Below the pieces are notes generated by a model. That model saw only the letters and a list, made by a program, of their open reading frames with translations. It had not been told where the DNA came from and ran no database searches. DNA of 61,735 nucleotides, counting the filler. It is 4 parts of 4 records of this genome, joined end to end, with 100 filler letters (N's around TTAATTAATTAA, not from the genome) between each part and the next. Parts side by side here need not be neighbours in the genome. Positions count along the whole stretch, not along the records: positions 43,458 to 55,983 come from SRR22947725_1931; 3 more parts are not named here. One strand, 5' to 3'. Position 1 is the first letter of the stretch. Each line of letters starts with the position of its first letter. Position numbers and translations under genes: made by a program. Positions 44,192 through 52,852 of the stretch are shown here, in pieces.

Positions 44192-44566
44192 CTATTTTTT
44201 TGGTCGCTTGGCGCCATACTTTGAGCGGCGTTGCAAACGGCCTTCAACACCTGCGGTGTCAAGTGCACCACGAACGATGTGGTACCGTACTCCTGGTAAA
44301 TCTTTTACACGACCACCACGTACAAGCACAATTGAGTGCTCTTGGAGGTTGTGTCCTTCACCTGGGATATAGGCATTTACCTCATTTCCATTAGTAAGAC
44401 GAACCCGAGCCACCTTCCGCATTGCGGAATTTGGTTTTTTAGGGGTCGTGGTATATACTCGTGTACATACTCCACGACGCTGTGGACATGAATCCAAAGC
44501 GGCAGATTTACTCTTTTTAACGAGGTCCTTACGGCCTTTGCGAACTAGTTGCGATATGGTTGGCAT
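44192..44566 (-). CDS. rpsL: 30S ribosomal protein S12
   Basis: [45 protein letters not shown]. Confidence 0.99.
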   Translation of the reverse strand: MPTISQLVRKGRKDLVKKSKSAALDSCPQRRGVCTRVYTTTPKKPNSAMRKVARVRLTNGNEVNAYIPGEGHNLQEHSIVLVRGGRVKDLPGVRYHIVRGALDTAGVEGRLQRRSKYGAKRPKK

Positions 44567-44603
44567 ACGTTATACTTGCTTTATTCCTTTATTTAAAGGG
44601 CTG

Positions 44604-44611
44604 CAAATGTA
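44604..44611 (-). promoter_or_regulatory. Bacteroidetes -7 element of the str operon
   Basis: Minus strand TACATTTG(C), 38 bp upstream of the rpsL ATG. Confidence 0.65.
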
Positions 44612-44742
44612 ATATAATTTTCCACTTCTTCAAACATAGACTCGTATTTTTTCTCCAAGATTTTGACAAGATAAATTATGATAGGCCACAGCGATGATCA
44701 AAATCTTGACAACAGCTGTTATGGAAATCCGTTTACACAACG

Positions 44743-44750
44743 TAATTTTG
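44743..44750 (+). promoter_or_regulatory. Bacteroidetes -7 element for menF
   Basis: TAATTTTG(C) ending 43 bp before ATG 44793. Confidence 0.55.
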
Positions 44751-44792
44751 CAGAAGTCTTACAGTACAATTTGACACTACCAATAGTGTATA

Positions 44793-45839
44793 ATGCATAA
44801 ACATAAAAAGGATTTTTTTGCGCGTTTCCGCACCCTTCAAGAGGAAGAACTTCCGTTTGTAGTGTATAGGTTGCCCCTAGGCAATGAGTTAATTGTAGCA
44901 CAGCAAAAGACAGCTGAAACAACCTATACTGATACGCTTAATGAAGAAGGTTTTGTTTTTGCACCATTTGAACACGTCAATGAACATATATATATACCCA
45001 GCACCAAAAGCGAGAGTTTCGACATACCTCCCCAAACAGTAAGGATTACGCCTGCAACGAGTGCTACTAGCGAACAGGAAAAAGCAACCTACACCAAACT
45101 TGTATCCCAAGCCAAAGAAACCATTGCGGAAACATCCCTTCAAAAAGTAGTCGTTTCCAGAAAACAGGAAGGACTATGTCAGGAAGCGATTGTGGAAAGT
45201 TTTGTTCGGCTGGTACACACCTACCCCAATGCCATGGTGTATTATTGGTCGCACCAAGAAACAGGGAATTGGATAGGGGCTACTCCCGAAACACTTTTGG
45301 ATATTCAAGAAGGTATATGCAAGACTATGGCCTTAGCTGGTACGCTTCCTTACCAGAAAAATACCTCCCCGACTTGGGGCGCCAAAGAGCGCTCAGAACA
45401 GATGCTCGTGTCTGATTTTATTCAAAATCGATTGCAAACCTTGCTACCTAAATCAGAAGTTTCTAAATCCGAGGTTCAAAATAAGCGAGCAGGGAATCTT
45501 GTACACCTGTGTACACATTTTGAGTTTCCTCTTGAGTCGCTTACCCCCTTGCAAATAACAAAACTCCTCCACCCTACACCTGCCGTTGCAGGAGTTCCCG
45601 TTGAAGACAGCATTGTCTTTATAAACGAAACCGAAACACATGAGCGAAAGTACTACACAGGATTTATGGGGCCTATTGGAAGCAATACCCTAAAGCTATT
45701 TGTCAATTTACGTTGTGCCCAAGTACAAGACAGAAATATAACGCTGTATATTGGTGGGGGGATAACAGCTGAAAGCGATGTAGAAAAGGAATGGCTTGAA
45801 AGCCAACGAAAAACCGAAACGCTCTTGAACGTTTTGTGA
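44793..45839 (+). CDS. menF: isochorismate synthase
   Basis: KVVVSR, WIGATPETL, TMALAGT, WGAKERSEQ, LHPTPAVAG, LFVNLRC, GGGIT; heads the men cluster. Confidence 0.88.
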   Translation: MHKHKKDFFARFRTLQEEELPFVVYRLPLGNELIVAQQKTAETTYTDTLNEEGFVFAPFEHVNEHIYIPSTKSESFDIPPQTVRITPATSATSEQEKATYTKLVSQAKETIAETSLQKVVVSRKQEGLCQEAIVESFVRLVHTYPNAMVYYWSHQETGNWIGATPETLLDIQEGICKTMALAGTLPYQKNTSPTWGAKERSEQMLVSDFIQNRLQTLLPKSEVSKSEVQNKRAGNLVHLCTHFEFPLESLTPLQITKLLHPTPAVAGVPVEDSIVFINETETHERKYYTGFMGPIGSNTLKLFVNLRCAQVQDRNITLYIGGGITAESDVEKEWLESQRKTETLLNVL

Positions 45840-45873
45840 ACACCCAGCACTAGTACACTCGTTTCCTCTTTTG

Positions 45874-45881
45874 TACCTTTG
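45874..45881 (+). promoter_or_regulatory. Bacteroidetes -7 element for menD
   Basis: TACCTTTG(C) between menF and menD. It argues against the ORF-track TTG start at 45871. Confidence 0.55.
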
Positions 45882-45915
45882 CGTTGCTATGAATGCCGAG
45901 GACACCTCAAAACAA

Positions 45916-47682
45916 ATGCGTCACACCAAAATTCCGCTGCCTCAAGCTGTTGTATTTTATTGTGCACAGTTTAACATTAAACATGTTGTTATTTCACCTG
46001 GTTCGAGAAATGCACCCCTAACCAATGGCTTTGTTGAAAATTCCTATTTCACAACTTATAGTATCGTTGATGAACGAGCTGCTGCCTTTTTTGCATTAGG
46101 CATTGCACAACAAGATAAACACCCTGTAGCATTGGTATGTACTTCAGGGTCAGCATTATTAAACTATTACCCTGCCGTAGCCGAGGCTTATTACAGCGAA
46201 ATCCCGCTTGTAATTTTATCAGCTGATCGTATGCCGCACCGCGTGGATATTGGTGATGGACAAACGATCCAGCAAGAAGGCGTCTTTGGACCTCACTTAA
46301 TAAGTGCTGCCGCACTAAAGCCTGATGTAGTACACGCAACCAAAAGCCTACTCGCAAGCAACAAACAAACTTATTTTGACTCAAATCCGTCCAAGGAGGA
46401 CATTCTGGTATTACAAGAAAAGCATCAAAAACATAATATTGCAGAACTTCAGCGAATCCTTTCGCTCGCTTGTACATCTAAGGGACCTGTACATTTAAAT
46501 ATTCCAATCGAGGAGCCTTTGTACGAAATGACCACGAGGCCACTTTCGTTACCCAAAGCTGCTATCATTGAAAAAGAGACGTACAACGTAGATACTGCTG
46601 CTTTACTAACTGCATGGAAACAAGCATCTCGTAAAATGATATTGATTGGTGTATCTAGTCCTGATGCTGAATTTAACAAGACCATTAACCAGCTTCTTGA
46701 AGATCCTAGTGTAGTGGTACTCACTGAAAAAACCTCCAATTTTACACATCCAAAAGCCATTGATGCCATTGATTGTTTGATGGCTCCATTAGAATTGGAG
46801 CAAAATAACAAGGAAGACGGGCTAAAACCCGAATTGCTAATTACCATTGGAGGAATGGTTGTTTCAAAAAAAATTAAATTCTATTTACGAAAACATCCCG
46901 CTGCGCAACATTTTCATGTTGATACTACAAGAGCTAACGACACCTTTTATTATCTAACACAACACATTGAAGCCCCTACAAATATTTGTCTGGAAGTTGT
47001 GATCAAGCTTCCCAAAACTGCGAGCAGCTATCAGGAAAATGTTTTAAAGCAATATCATGCCTATTTAGAAAAAGGAAAAACATACCTGAAAAATATTCCT
47101 TTTTCTGATTTGGCCGCCTTTAAACGCATCTCATCCGCACTGCCACCAAACACTCACCTTCAAGTAGCCAACAGCTCTCCTATTCGCTACGTGCAATTAT
47201 TCGATTTACCTAAGGGCACTGAAATATACAGCAACCGTGGTACAGCAGGAATAGACGGGAGTACTGCAACGGCAATGGGAGCCGCACAAATCAATCCAAA
47301 GCAACCCGTTTTGATCACGGGAGATTTGAGTTTTTTCTATGATATCAATGGACTGTGGCACAACTACATTCCCAATAATGCCCGAATTATCATAATAAAC
47401 AACCAAGGAGGGGGAATCTTTAGAATTCTGCCAGGAGAAAAAGACAGCCCCAAATACGACACCTATTTTGAAACGACTCACAATCGAAACGCCCGTGCTC
47501 TAGCAAAAAACTTTGGGCTTCAATACAAACGTGTAAAAACAGCGTGGGGACTTCAACGTGCACTAATGCCCTTTTTTAAGGCTTCAAAAACAGCAAAAAT
47601 TTTAGAAATTTGCACACCACGAAAAAGCAACGATGCCGTGCTACTTAATTATTTTAAAGCCATGGCGAACACAAAAAAATAA
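45916..47682 (+). CDS. menD: SEPHCHC synthase
   Basis: VISPGSRNAPL, VDERAAAFFALG, CTSGSA, GPVHLNIP, NRGTAGIDG, GDLSFFYD, NNQGGGIF; start at 45916 (alternative 45889). Confidence 0.95.
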   Translation: MRHTKIPLPQAVVFYCAQFNIKHVVISPGSRNAPLTNGFVENSYFTTYSIVDERAAAFFALGIAQQDKHPVALVCTSGSALLNYYPAVAEAYYSEIPLVILSADRMPHRVDIGDGQTIQQEGVFGPHLISAAALKPDVVHATKSLLASNKQTYFDSNPSKEDILVLQEKHQKHNIAELQRILSLACTSKGPVHLNIPIEEPLYEMTTRPLSLPKAAIIEKETYNVDTAALLTAWKQASRKMILIGVSSPDAEFNKTINQLLEDPSVVVLTEKTSNFTHPKAIDAIDCLMAPLELEQNNKEDGLKPELLITIGGMVVSKKIKFYLRKHPAAQHFHVDTTRANDTFYYLTQHIEAPTNICLEVVIKLPKTASSYQENVLKQYHAYLEKGKTYLKNIPFSDLAAFKRISSALPPNTHLQVANSSPIRYVQLFDLPKGTEIYSNRGTAGIDGSTATAMGAAQINPKQPVLITGDLSFFYDINGLWHNYIPNNARIIIINNQGGGIFRILPGEKDSPKYDTYFETTHNRNARALAKNFGLQYKRVKTAWGLQRALMPFFKASKTAKILEICTPRKSNDAVLLNYFKAMANTKK

Positions 47683-47688
47683 AGAACT

Positions 47689-48504
47689 ATGAGAAACTGG
47701 GAAACAATAAAAGAATACAGTGATATCCGCTTTGAGTTTTATGAAGGCATTGCCAAAATAACGATTGATCGTGAGGCGGTTTACAACGCTTTTAGACCTG
47801 AAACCAACAACCAAATGCTGGAGGCTATGGATGTTTGTCGTGAGCGTGAAGATATTGATGTCATCGTTTTTACAGGAGCTGGAGAAAAAGCTTTTTGTAG
47901 CGGTGGTGATCAGAATGTAAAAGGAGTAGGCGGTTATATTGGAGAAGATGGCGTACCACGACTCAACGTATTGGATTTGCATAAAAAAATTCGTGAGATC
48001 CCCAAGCCGGTAGTTGCTATGGTCAATGGCTATGCCATTGGGGGCGGACACGTACTTCATGTGGTGTGTGACCTAACTATCGCAAGTGAAAATGCCATTT
48101 TTGGACAAACAGGTCCCAAAGTAGGAAGCTTTGATGGCGGATTTGGATCATCGTATTTGGCGCGTCACGTGGGACAGAAAAAAGCCCGAGAAATTTGGTT
48201 TTTATGCCAACAATACTCCGCTCAAGAAGCACTAGACATGGGACTAATCAACAAAGTAGTGCCCTTAAAAAACTTGGAAGACACCGTAGTGGAATGGTGT
48301 CAGATCATGCAACAACGTAGCCCACTTGCCCTACGTATGATAAAGCGTTGTATGAATGCCGAACTAGATGGGCAGCATGGTTTAATGCAACTTGCAGGCG
48401 ATGCCACATTGATGTATTACCTTATGGATGAAGCTCAAGAAGGGAAAAATGCCTTTTTAGAAAAACGAGCGCCTAACTTTAAGCAATTCCCTAAGTTTCC
48501 ATAA
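47689..48504 (+). CDS. menB: 1,4-dihydroxy-2-naphthoyl-CoA synthase
   Basis: [48 protein letters not shown]. Confidence 0.97.
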   Translation: MRNWETIKEYSDIRFEFYEGIAKITIDREAVYNAFRPETNNQMLEAMDVCREREDIDVIVFTGAGEKAFCSGGDQNVKGVGGYIGEDGVPRLNVLDLHKKIREIPKPVVAMVNGYAIGGGHVLHVVCDLTIASENAIFGQTGPKVGSFDGGFGSSYLARHVGQKKAREIWFLCQQYSAQEALDMGLINKVVPLKNLEDTVVEWCQIMQQRSPLALRMIKRCMNAELDGQHGLMQLAGDATLMYYLMDEAQEGKNAFLEKRAPNFKQFPKFP

Positions 48505-49419
48505 GTGAACAAACCCAGCCTGTTTCGTGTTTGGATTCAAGCGGCGCGTTTGCGCACCCTTCCACTTTCTGTGGCTGGGATTCTAACAGGCAATACACTT
48601 GCGTTATACAGTGCTGGATTTTCATGGGTTGTTTTTGCTGGTACGCTACTGACGGCTGTTTGTTTTCAAATCCTTTCAAATTTCGCCAACGATTATGGCG
48701 ACGGCATTAAGGGGACTGATAATGAATCACGTATAGGGCCCAAACGTGTGTTACAACAAAACTTACTATCCCCATCGGCATTGTTTCGTGGTATCGTAGT
48801 TACAGGAATTATAGGCATGCTTTTATCTGCTGTAACGATTGGTACTGCTTTCGGAATCGATCAGTTACTCCCTAGTGCCATATTTCTATTACTTGCGCTT
48901 GCTGCCATATGGGCGGCTTATCGATACACTGCGGGTAATAGGGCCTACGGGTATCGCGCTTTGGGCGATGTGTTTGTGTTGCTATTTTTTGGGCTGTTGG
49001 CTGTTTTGGGGAGTCATTTTTTACAAACAAAAACGTTATCCCTTACAAGTCTTTGGTTTGCCCTTGCAATTGGAGGATTGAGTGTTGGTGTGCTTAACCT
49101 AAACAATATGCGAGATATGGAAAATGATACCGCAATGGGCAAAAAAACAATCGCTGCCATTCTAGGGCTAGCAAAAGCCAAACGCTACCATGCCTTTGTC
49201 CTCTTTCTAAGCATGCTTGCCTTAGCGCTCGGACTTGCAGAAACGGCAAAAAACAATGTTCAATTACTCCCCATAATAATCGTTATTCCCGTAGCGCTAC
49301 AACTGCGAAAAACCCTTAACACTACAAGTTTTGCTTTGTTTGATGCACAATTAAAACCTTTAGCGCTTGCTACTTTTTTGTTAAGTATCTTGTTGTTTAT
49401 AACTCAATTCATACAGTAA
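48505..49419 (+). CDS. menA: 1,4-dihydroxy-2-naphthoate prenyltransferase
   Basis: AARLRTLPLS, NFANDYGDGIKGTD, YGY..LGD, LNLNNMRD..ND...GKKT; GTG start. Confidence 0.95.
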   Translation: MNKPSLFRVWIQAARLRTLPLSVAGILTGNTLALYSAGFSWVVFAGTLLTAVCFQILSNFANDYGDGIKGTDNESRIGPKRVLQQNLLSPSALFRGIVVTGIIGMLLSAVTIGTAFGIDQLLPSAIFLLLALAAIWAAYRYTAGNRAYGYRALGDVFVLLFFGLLAVLGSHFLQTKTLSLTSLWFALAIGGLSVGVLNLNNMRDMENDTAMGKKTIAAILGLAKAKRYHAFVLFLSMLALALGLAETAKNNVQLLPIIIVIPVALQLRKTLNTTSFALFDAQLKPLALATFLLSILLFITQFIQ

Positions 49420-50450
49420 TGGAAGCCCGTTTTAAAAAACATGTATTGAATTTTAAACGCCCTAGTGGAACGTCACGGGGGGTGTTGCGCCAAAAAGAAA
49501 GTTATTTTATTGAATTACGAAAAGGAACACAAGTTGGTATTGGCGAATGCGGTTTACTTCGTGGGTTAAGCATTGATGATGTACCTGAGTACGAAGATCA
49601 ACTGACTACCGTTTGCGCTGCGTTAACCCAAGAAAAAGACACCACGGCGCTGTGTGAGAACTTTCCGTCCATTCAAATGGGGGTTGAAATAGCACTCAGA
49701 TCGTTGGATTCTAAAACACCATTTTCGTTATTCCCATCTAGCTTTTCAGAAGGAAAAGAACCCATTCCCATCAATGGGCTGGTATGGATGGGATCACTCG
49801 ATTTTATGCGCGAACAAGTCTTTGAAAAAATAGCTGCAGGGTTTAAGTGCATCAAGCTTAAAATTGGCGCTCTAGACTTTAGTAAGGAGTGTCAATTACT
49901 CGCTGATATCCGTGCGCGCTACTCTGCCAAGGAGTTGACAATCCGCGTAGATGCCAACGGTGCTTTTTCTCCAACCGAAGCACAATCAAAACTACAAATA
50001 TTAGCTGGATTTGACCTTCATTCAATAGAGCAGCCCATTGCCTCAGGGCAACAAAATGAACATGCAAAACTCTGTGCCAATACACCAATTCCCATTGCGC
50101 TAGACGAAGAACTTATTGGCGTAAAATCACTGAAAGCAAAGGCACAATTGCTAGATACCATAAAGCCACAGTTTATTATTTTAAAACCGAGTCTGCTCGG
50201 AGGTTTTGCTGCTTCTGAGTCTTGGATTCGTTTGGCAGAAGAACGCAACATCGGCTGGTGGGTTACCAGTGCCCTTGAAAGTAATATCGGTCTAAATGCC
50301 ATCGCACAGTGGTGCGCCACCCTAAACACCACCACTCCTCAAGGATTGGGTACGGGAAGCTTGTTCACAAACAATATCAGTAGCCCGTTAGTGGTAGAAA
50401 AAGGCGTGCTTCGTTATGACAACATTGTAACATGGGAATATCCCTTTTAG
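49419..50450 (+). CDS. menC: o-succinylbenzoate synthase
   Basis: KLKIG, RVDANG, IEQP, ALDEEL, ILKPS, SALES; enolase superfamily, in men context. Confidence 0.92.
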   Translation: MEARFKKHVLNFKRPSGTSRGVLRQKESYFIELRKGTQVGIGECGLLRGLSIDDVPEYEDQLTTVCAALTQEKDTTALCENFPSIQMGVEIALRSLDSKTPFSLFPSSFSEGKEPIPINGLVWMGSLDFMREQVFEKIAAGFKCIKLKIGALDFSKECQLLADIRARYSAKELTIRVDANGAFSPTEAQSKLQILAGFDLHSIEQPIASGQQNEHAKLCANTPIPIALDEELIGVKSLKAKAQLLDTIKPQFIILKPSLLGGFAASESWIRLAEERNIGWWVTSALESNIGLNAIAQWCATLNTTTPQGLGTGSLFTNNISSPLVVEKGVLRYDNIVTWEYPF

Positions 50451-50452
50451 CC

Positions 50453-51520
50453 ATGCAGCGCCTTCATCCACAATTTTGTCTCAATGGAGCATCCCATGAC
50501 ACCAAAACTCTTGGCGCAGCAGCGCAAGTTTGGATAAATGATGTCGATGCGGAAACACATGCATTAGGCACATTTATTCTTGAATGGTTGTCAGATGACA
50601 GCACGGTATCGCTCCAAACCTCGGGTTCTACAGGAATTCCAAAACAATTGGAGGTTACAAAAACTTCTATGCGTGAATCGGCACAGCGAACAGCTGCTTT
50701 TTTTGCGCTCAAGCCAGGTGACACTGCCCTACTGTGTTTACCAGTACGCTATATTGCTGGTAAAATGATGCTCGTTCGGGCTATGACTCTTGGACTATCT
50801 TTAGACGTGCTAGCCCCTAAAACCATGCTTGAGTTAAACGGAAAATCATATGATTTCGCTGCACTGATTCCGCTACAAGCACAACAAAATTCAGCGCAAT
50901 TAAAACGCTTTAAAACAATCCTTATTGGAGGGGCACCTATAAACACCAAACTCAGGAAAGTACTTGCTGCCATTGATGCAAATTGTATTGAAACCTATGG
51001 GATGACTGAAACCCTAACCCATGTGGCAACACGTCCTATTACCTACCCTCCTGCTGCCTTTCGGGCAATGCCAGGAATTGGAATAGCAATAGACTCCAAT
51101 AACTGCTTGGTATTGAACGTACCATACGCATCCCCATCTCCTATAATAACACAGGATGTGGTTAAGCTGGTAGCCAAAGATTCGTTTGAGTTATTGGGAC
51201 GCAAGGATTGGGTTATTAATTCGGGCGGTAAGAAAATAATTCCTGAGCAGCTTGAAGAAGCTTTAGGCACTGAACTCTCAATCCCCTTCTTTTTTACAAG
51301 TTTCCCAGATAAAAATCTTGGGGAGCAATTGGTATTGGTAGCCGAAGCGCCCACAACTCAAACTGATGCATTGCTGACGATGACACAATCGGTATTGGGA
51401 GCAGATAAGTACCATATTCCCAAACGTGTGATTTGCTTGGATATATTTGTATATACTGATACAGGAAAACTAGACCGGAAGGCGACAAAAAAAAAGGCAT
51501 TCGCCATTTGCGACGTATAA
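50453..51520 (+). CDS. menE: o-succinylbenzoate--CoA ligase (short Bacteroidetes type)
   Basis: QTSGSTGIPK, YIAGKMMLVRA, LIGG, ETYGMTET, LGRKDWVINSGG, TGKLDR; start at ATG 50453. Confidence 0.88.
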   Translation: MQRLHPQFCLNGASHDTKTLGAAAQVWINDVDAETHALGTFILEWLSDDSTVSLQTSGSTGIPKQLEVTKTSMRESAQRTAAFFALKPGDTALLCLPVRYIAGKMMLVRAMTLGLSLDVLAPKTMLELNGKSYDFAALIPLQAQQNSAQLKRFKTILIGGAPINTKLRKVLAAIDANCIETYGMTETLTHVATRPITYPPAAFRAMPGIGIAIDSNNCLVLNVPYASPSPIITQDVVKLVAKDSFELLGRKDWVINSGGKKIIPEQLEEALGTELSIPFFFTSFPDKNLGEQLVLVAEAPTTQTDALLTMTQSVLGADKYHIPKRVICLDIFVYTDTGKLDRKATKKKAFAICDV

Positions 51521-51533
51521 ATACTCCAATTTC

Positions 51534-51550
51534 TTAACAGTTCATTAACA
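51534..51550 (+). promoter_or_regulatory. TTAACA-N5-TTAACA direct repeat upstream of the SusC-N chimera gene
   Basis: TTAACAgttcaTTAACA, 11-bp period; the same motif occurs at 55018-55034. Confidence 0.45.
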
Positions 51551-51705
51551 AAAAAAAGGGTTTATAATTTTAGTGAATAAAATTTTTACATAATTCACAA
51601 ATAATGCCTGTTTTTTTACGAAAACCCTACGAATACACTCCTTTTGGCTTTGTGATTTAAAAATGGCTTAGCACCTTGTCTAGCATAAACCAAAATCATA
51701 ATCAT

Positions 51706-52785
51706 ATGAACTATATACGACATATAGGTGTGCTTCTTCTAGCACTCATGAGTACAACGGCATGGTCACAATCCATATCGGGTACCGTAACCGACGAAAA
51801 CAACCAACCACTGCCTGGAGCTACTGTACTTGTACAGGGTACCACTCGCGGTGTCTCATCAGACTTTGATGGGAGGTATCTAATTAATGCAAGCCAAGGG
51901 GAAACACTAGAGTTTAGCTTTATTGGCTATGCCACGCAAAGTGTTGTAGTAAGTGCAGCCACGCATGATGTCCAATTGAATCTGGATAATGAATTGGAAG
52001 AAGGAATAGTTCCGAACATGACAAAAGATGCCTCAACCGATGCGTTTTTGGATTTGTTAAAAATTACTGATGGTGATGATATTAGTATTTCTTTTAATGC
52101 TTCGGTTGCACAAGGAGTTCCTAAATCAACTGACATTGTAGGGGTATACAGAACAATAACGGGCAACGTTTATAATGCAACACTGTTTAGTAATGCTACA
52201 TTACCTGAAACTTTCACAATATCTGTTTCTGACATTGTAGCAGCTTTTGCAGAAATAAATACAGCTAGTGATATCTTGTTGGGAGATGTTTTATCAATTA
52301 CAACTTCTTTTACTAGATCAGACGGAGCAATTTTAAATATTATCAATATAGATGGGACTAAAAACTATAGCGATAATATTAAAAATTCAGGAATTGTCAC
52401 TGTAGTGGTAGACTATCCTGTTTCGTGTCCATCAGATATCGGCGGTACTTATTTAGTGTCTAGCACAGGAACTGGGTGCTGCGGTGTTCCGCCAATAACG
52501 AATCATATGTACACGGTTACTGTAACCGATAATGGAGGAGGTTCTTATTCTTTATCCGATTATTCGGGTGGTGTATATGATGGTCTGTTCTGTGGTCCGT
52601 TTGGTATTTGTGCTGATGCTTCGACTGGAGACATAACAGACGTTTGTGGAACTTTAAGTGGAAAAAATGCAGATTGTTGTGGCGATGAAATTGAATTTTC
52701 AGGAACAGTAAACGTAGATGGTACTTGGTCGGTAGAAATTGCAAGTGGTTTTGCAGATGCCACTTCTACTTGGACTAAACAATAA
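51706..52785 (+). CDS. exported protein: SusC-type N-terminal extension (CarboxypepD_reg-like) fused to an unrelated Cys-containing beta-rich region
   Basis: Signal peptide, then ISGTVTDENNQPLPGATVLVQGT..GVSSDFDGRY...FSFIGY. No plug or barrel follows. Start at ATG 51706. Confidence 0.75.
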   Translation: MNYIRHIGVLLLALMSTTAWSQSISGTVTDENNQPLPGATVLVQGTTRGVSSDFDGRYLINASQGETLEFSFIGYATQSVVVSAATHDVQLNLDNELEEGIVPNMTKDASTDAFLDLLKITDGDDISISFNASVAQGVPKSTDIVGVYRTITGNVYNATLFSNATLPETFTISVSDIVAAFAEINTASDILLGDVLSITTSFTRSDGAILNIINIDGTKNYSDNIKNSGIVTVVVDYPVSCPSDIGGTYLVSSTGTGCCGVPPITNHMYTVTVTDNGGGSYSLSDYSGGVYDGLFCGPFGICADASTGDITDVCGTLSGKNADCCGDEIEFSGTVNVDGTWSVEIASGFADATSTWTKQ

Positions 52786-52813
52786 CCAATAAGGTTGTTT
52801 TATTACAAATTAT

Positions 52814-52839
52814 AAACCCCGCACTTAGCGGGGTTTTTT
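52814..52839 (+). terminator. intrinsic terminator
   Basis: AAACCCCGC-ACTTA-GCGGGGTTT followed by a T run. Confidence 0.85.
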
Positions 52840-52852
52840 ATACCTTACACAG

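Noticed and set aside
44192-44566. Streptomycin-resistance allele of rpsL
   Set aside because: The PKKPNS and RVKDLP motifs are wild type.
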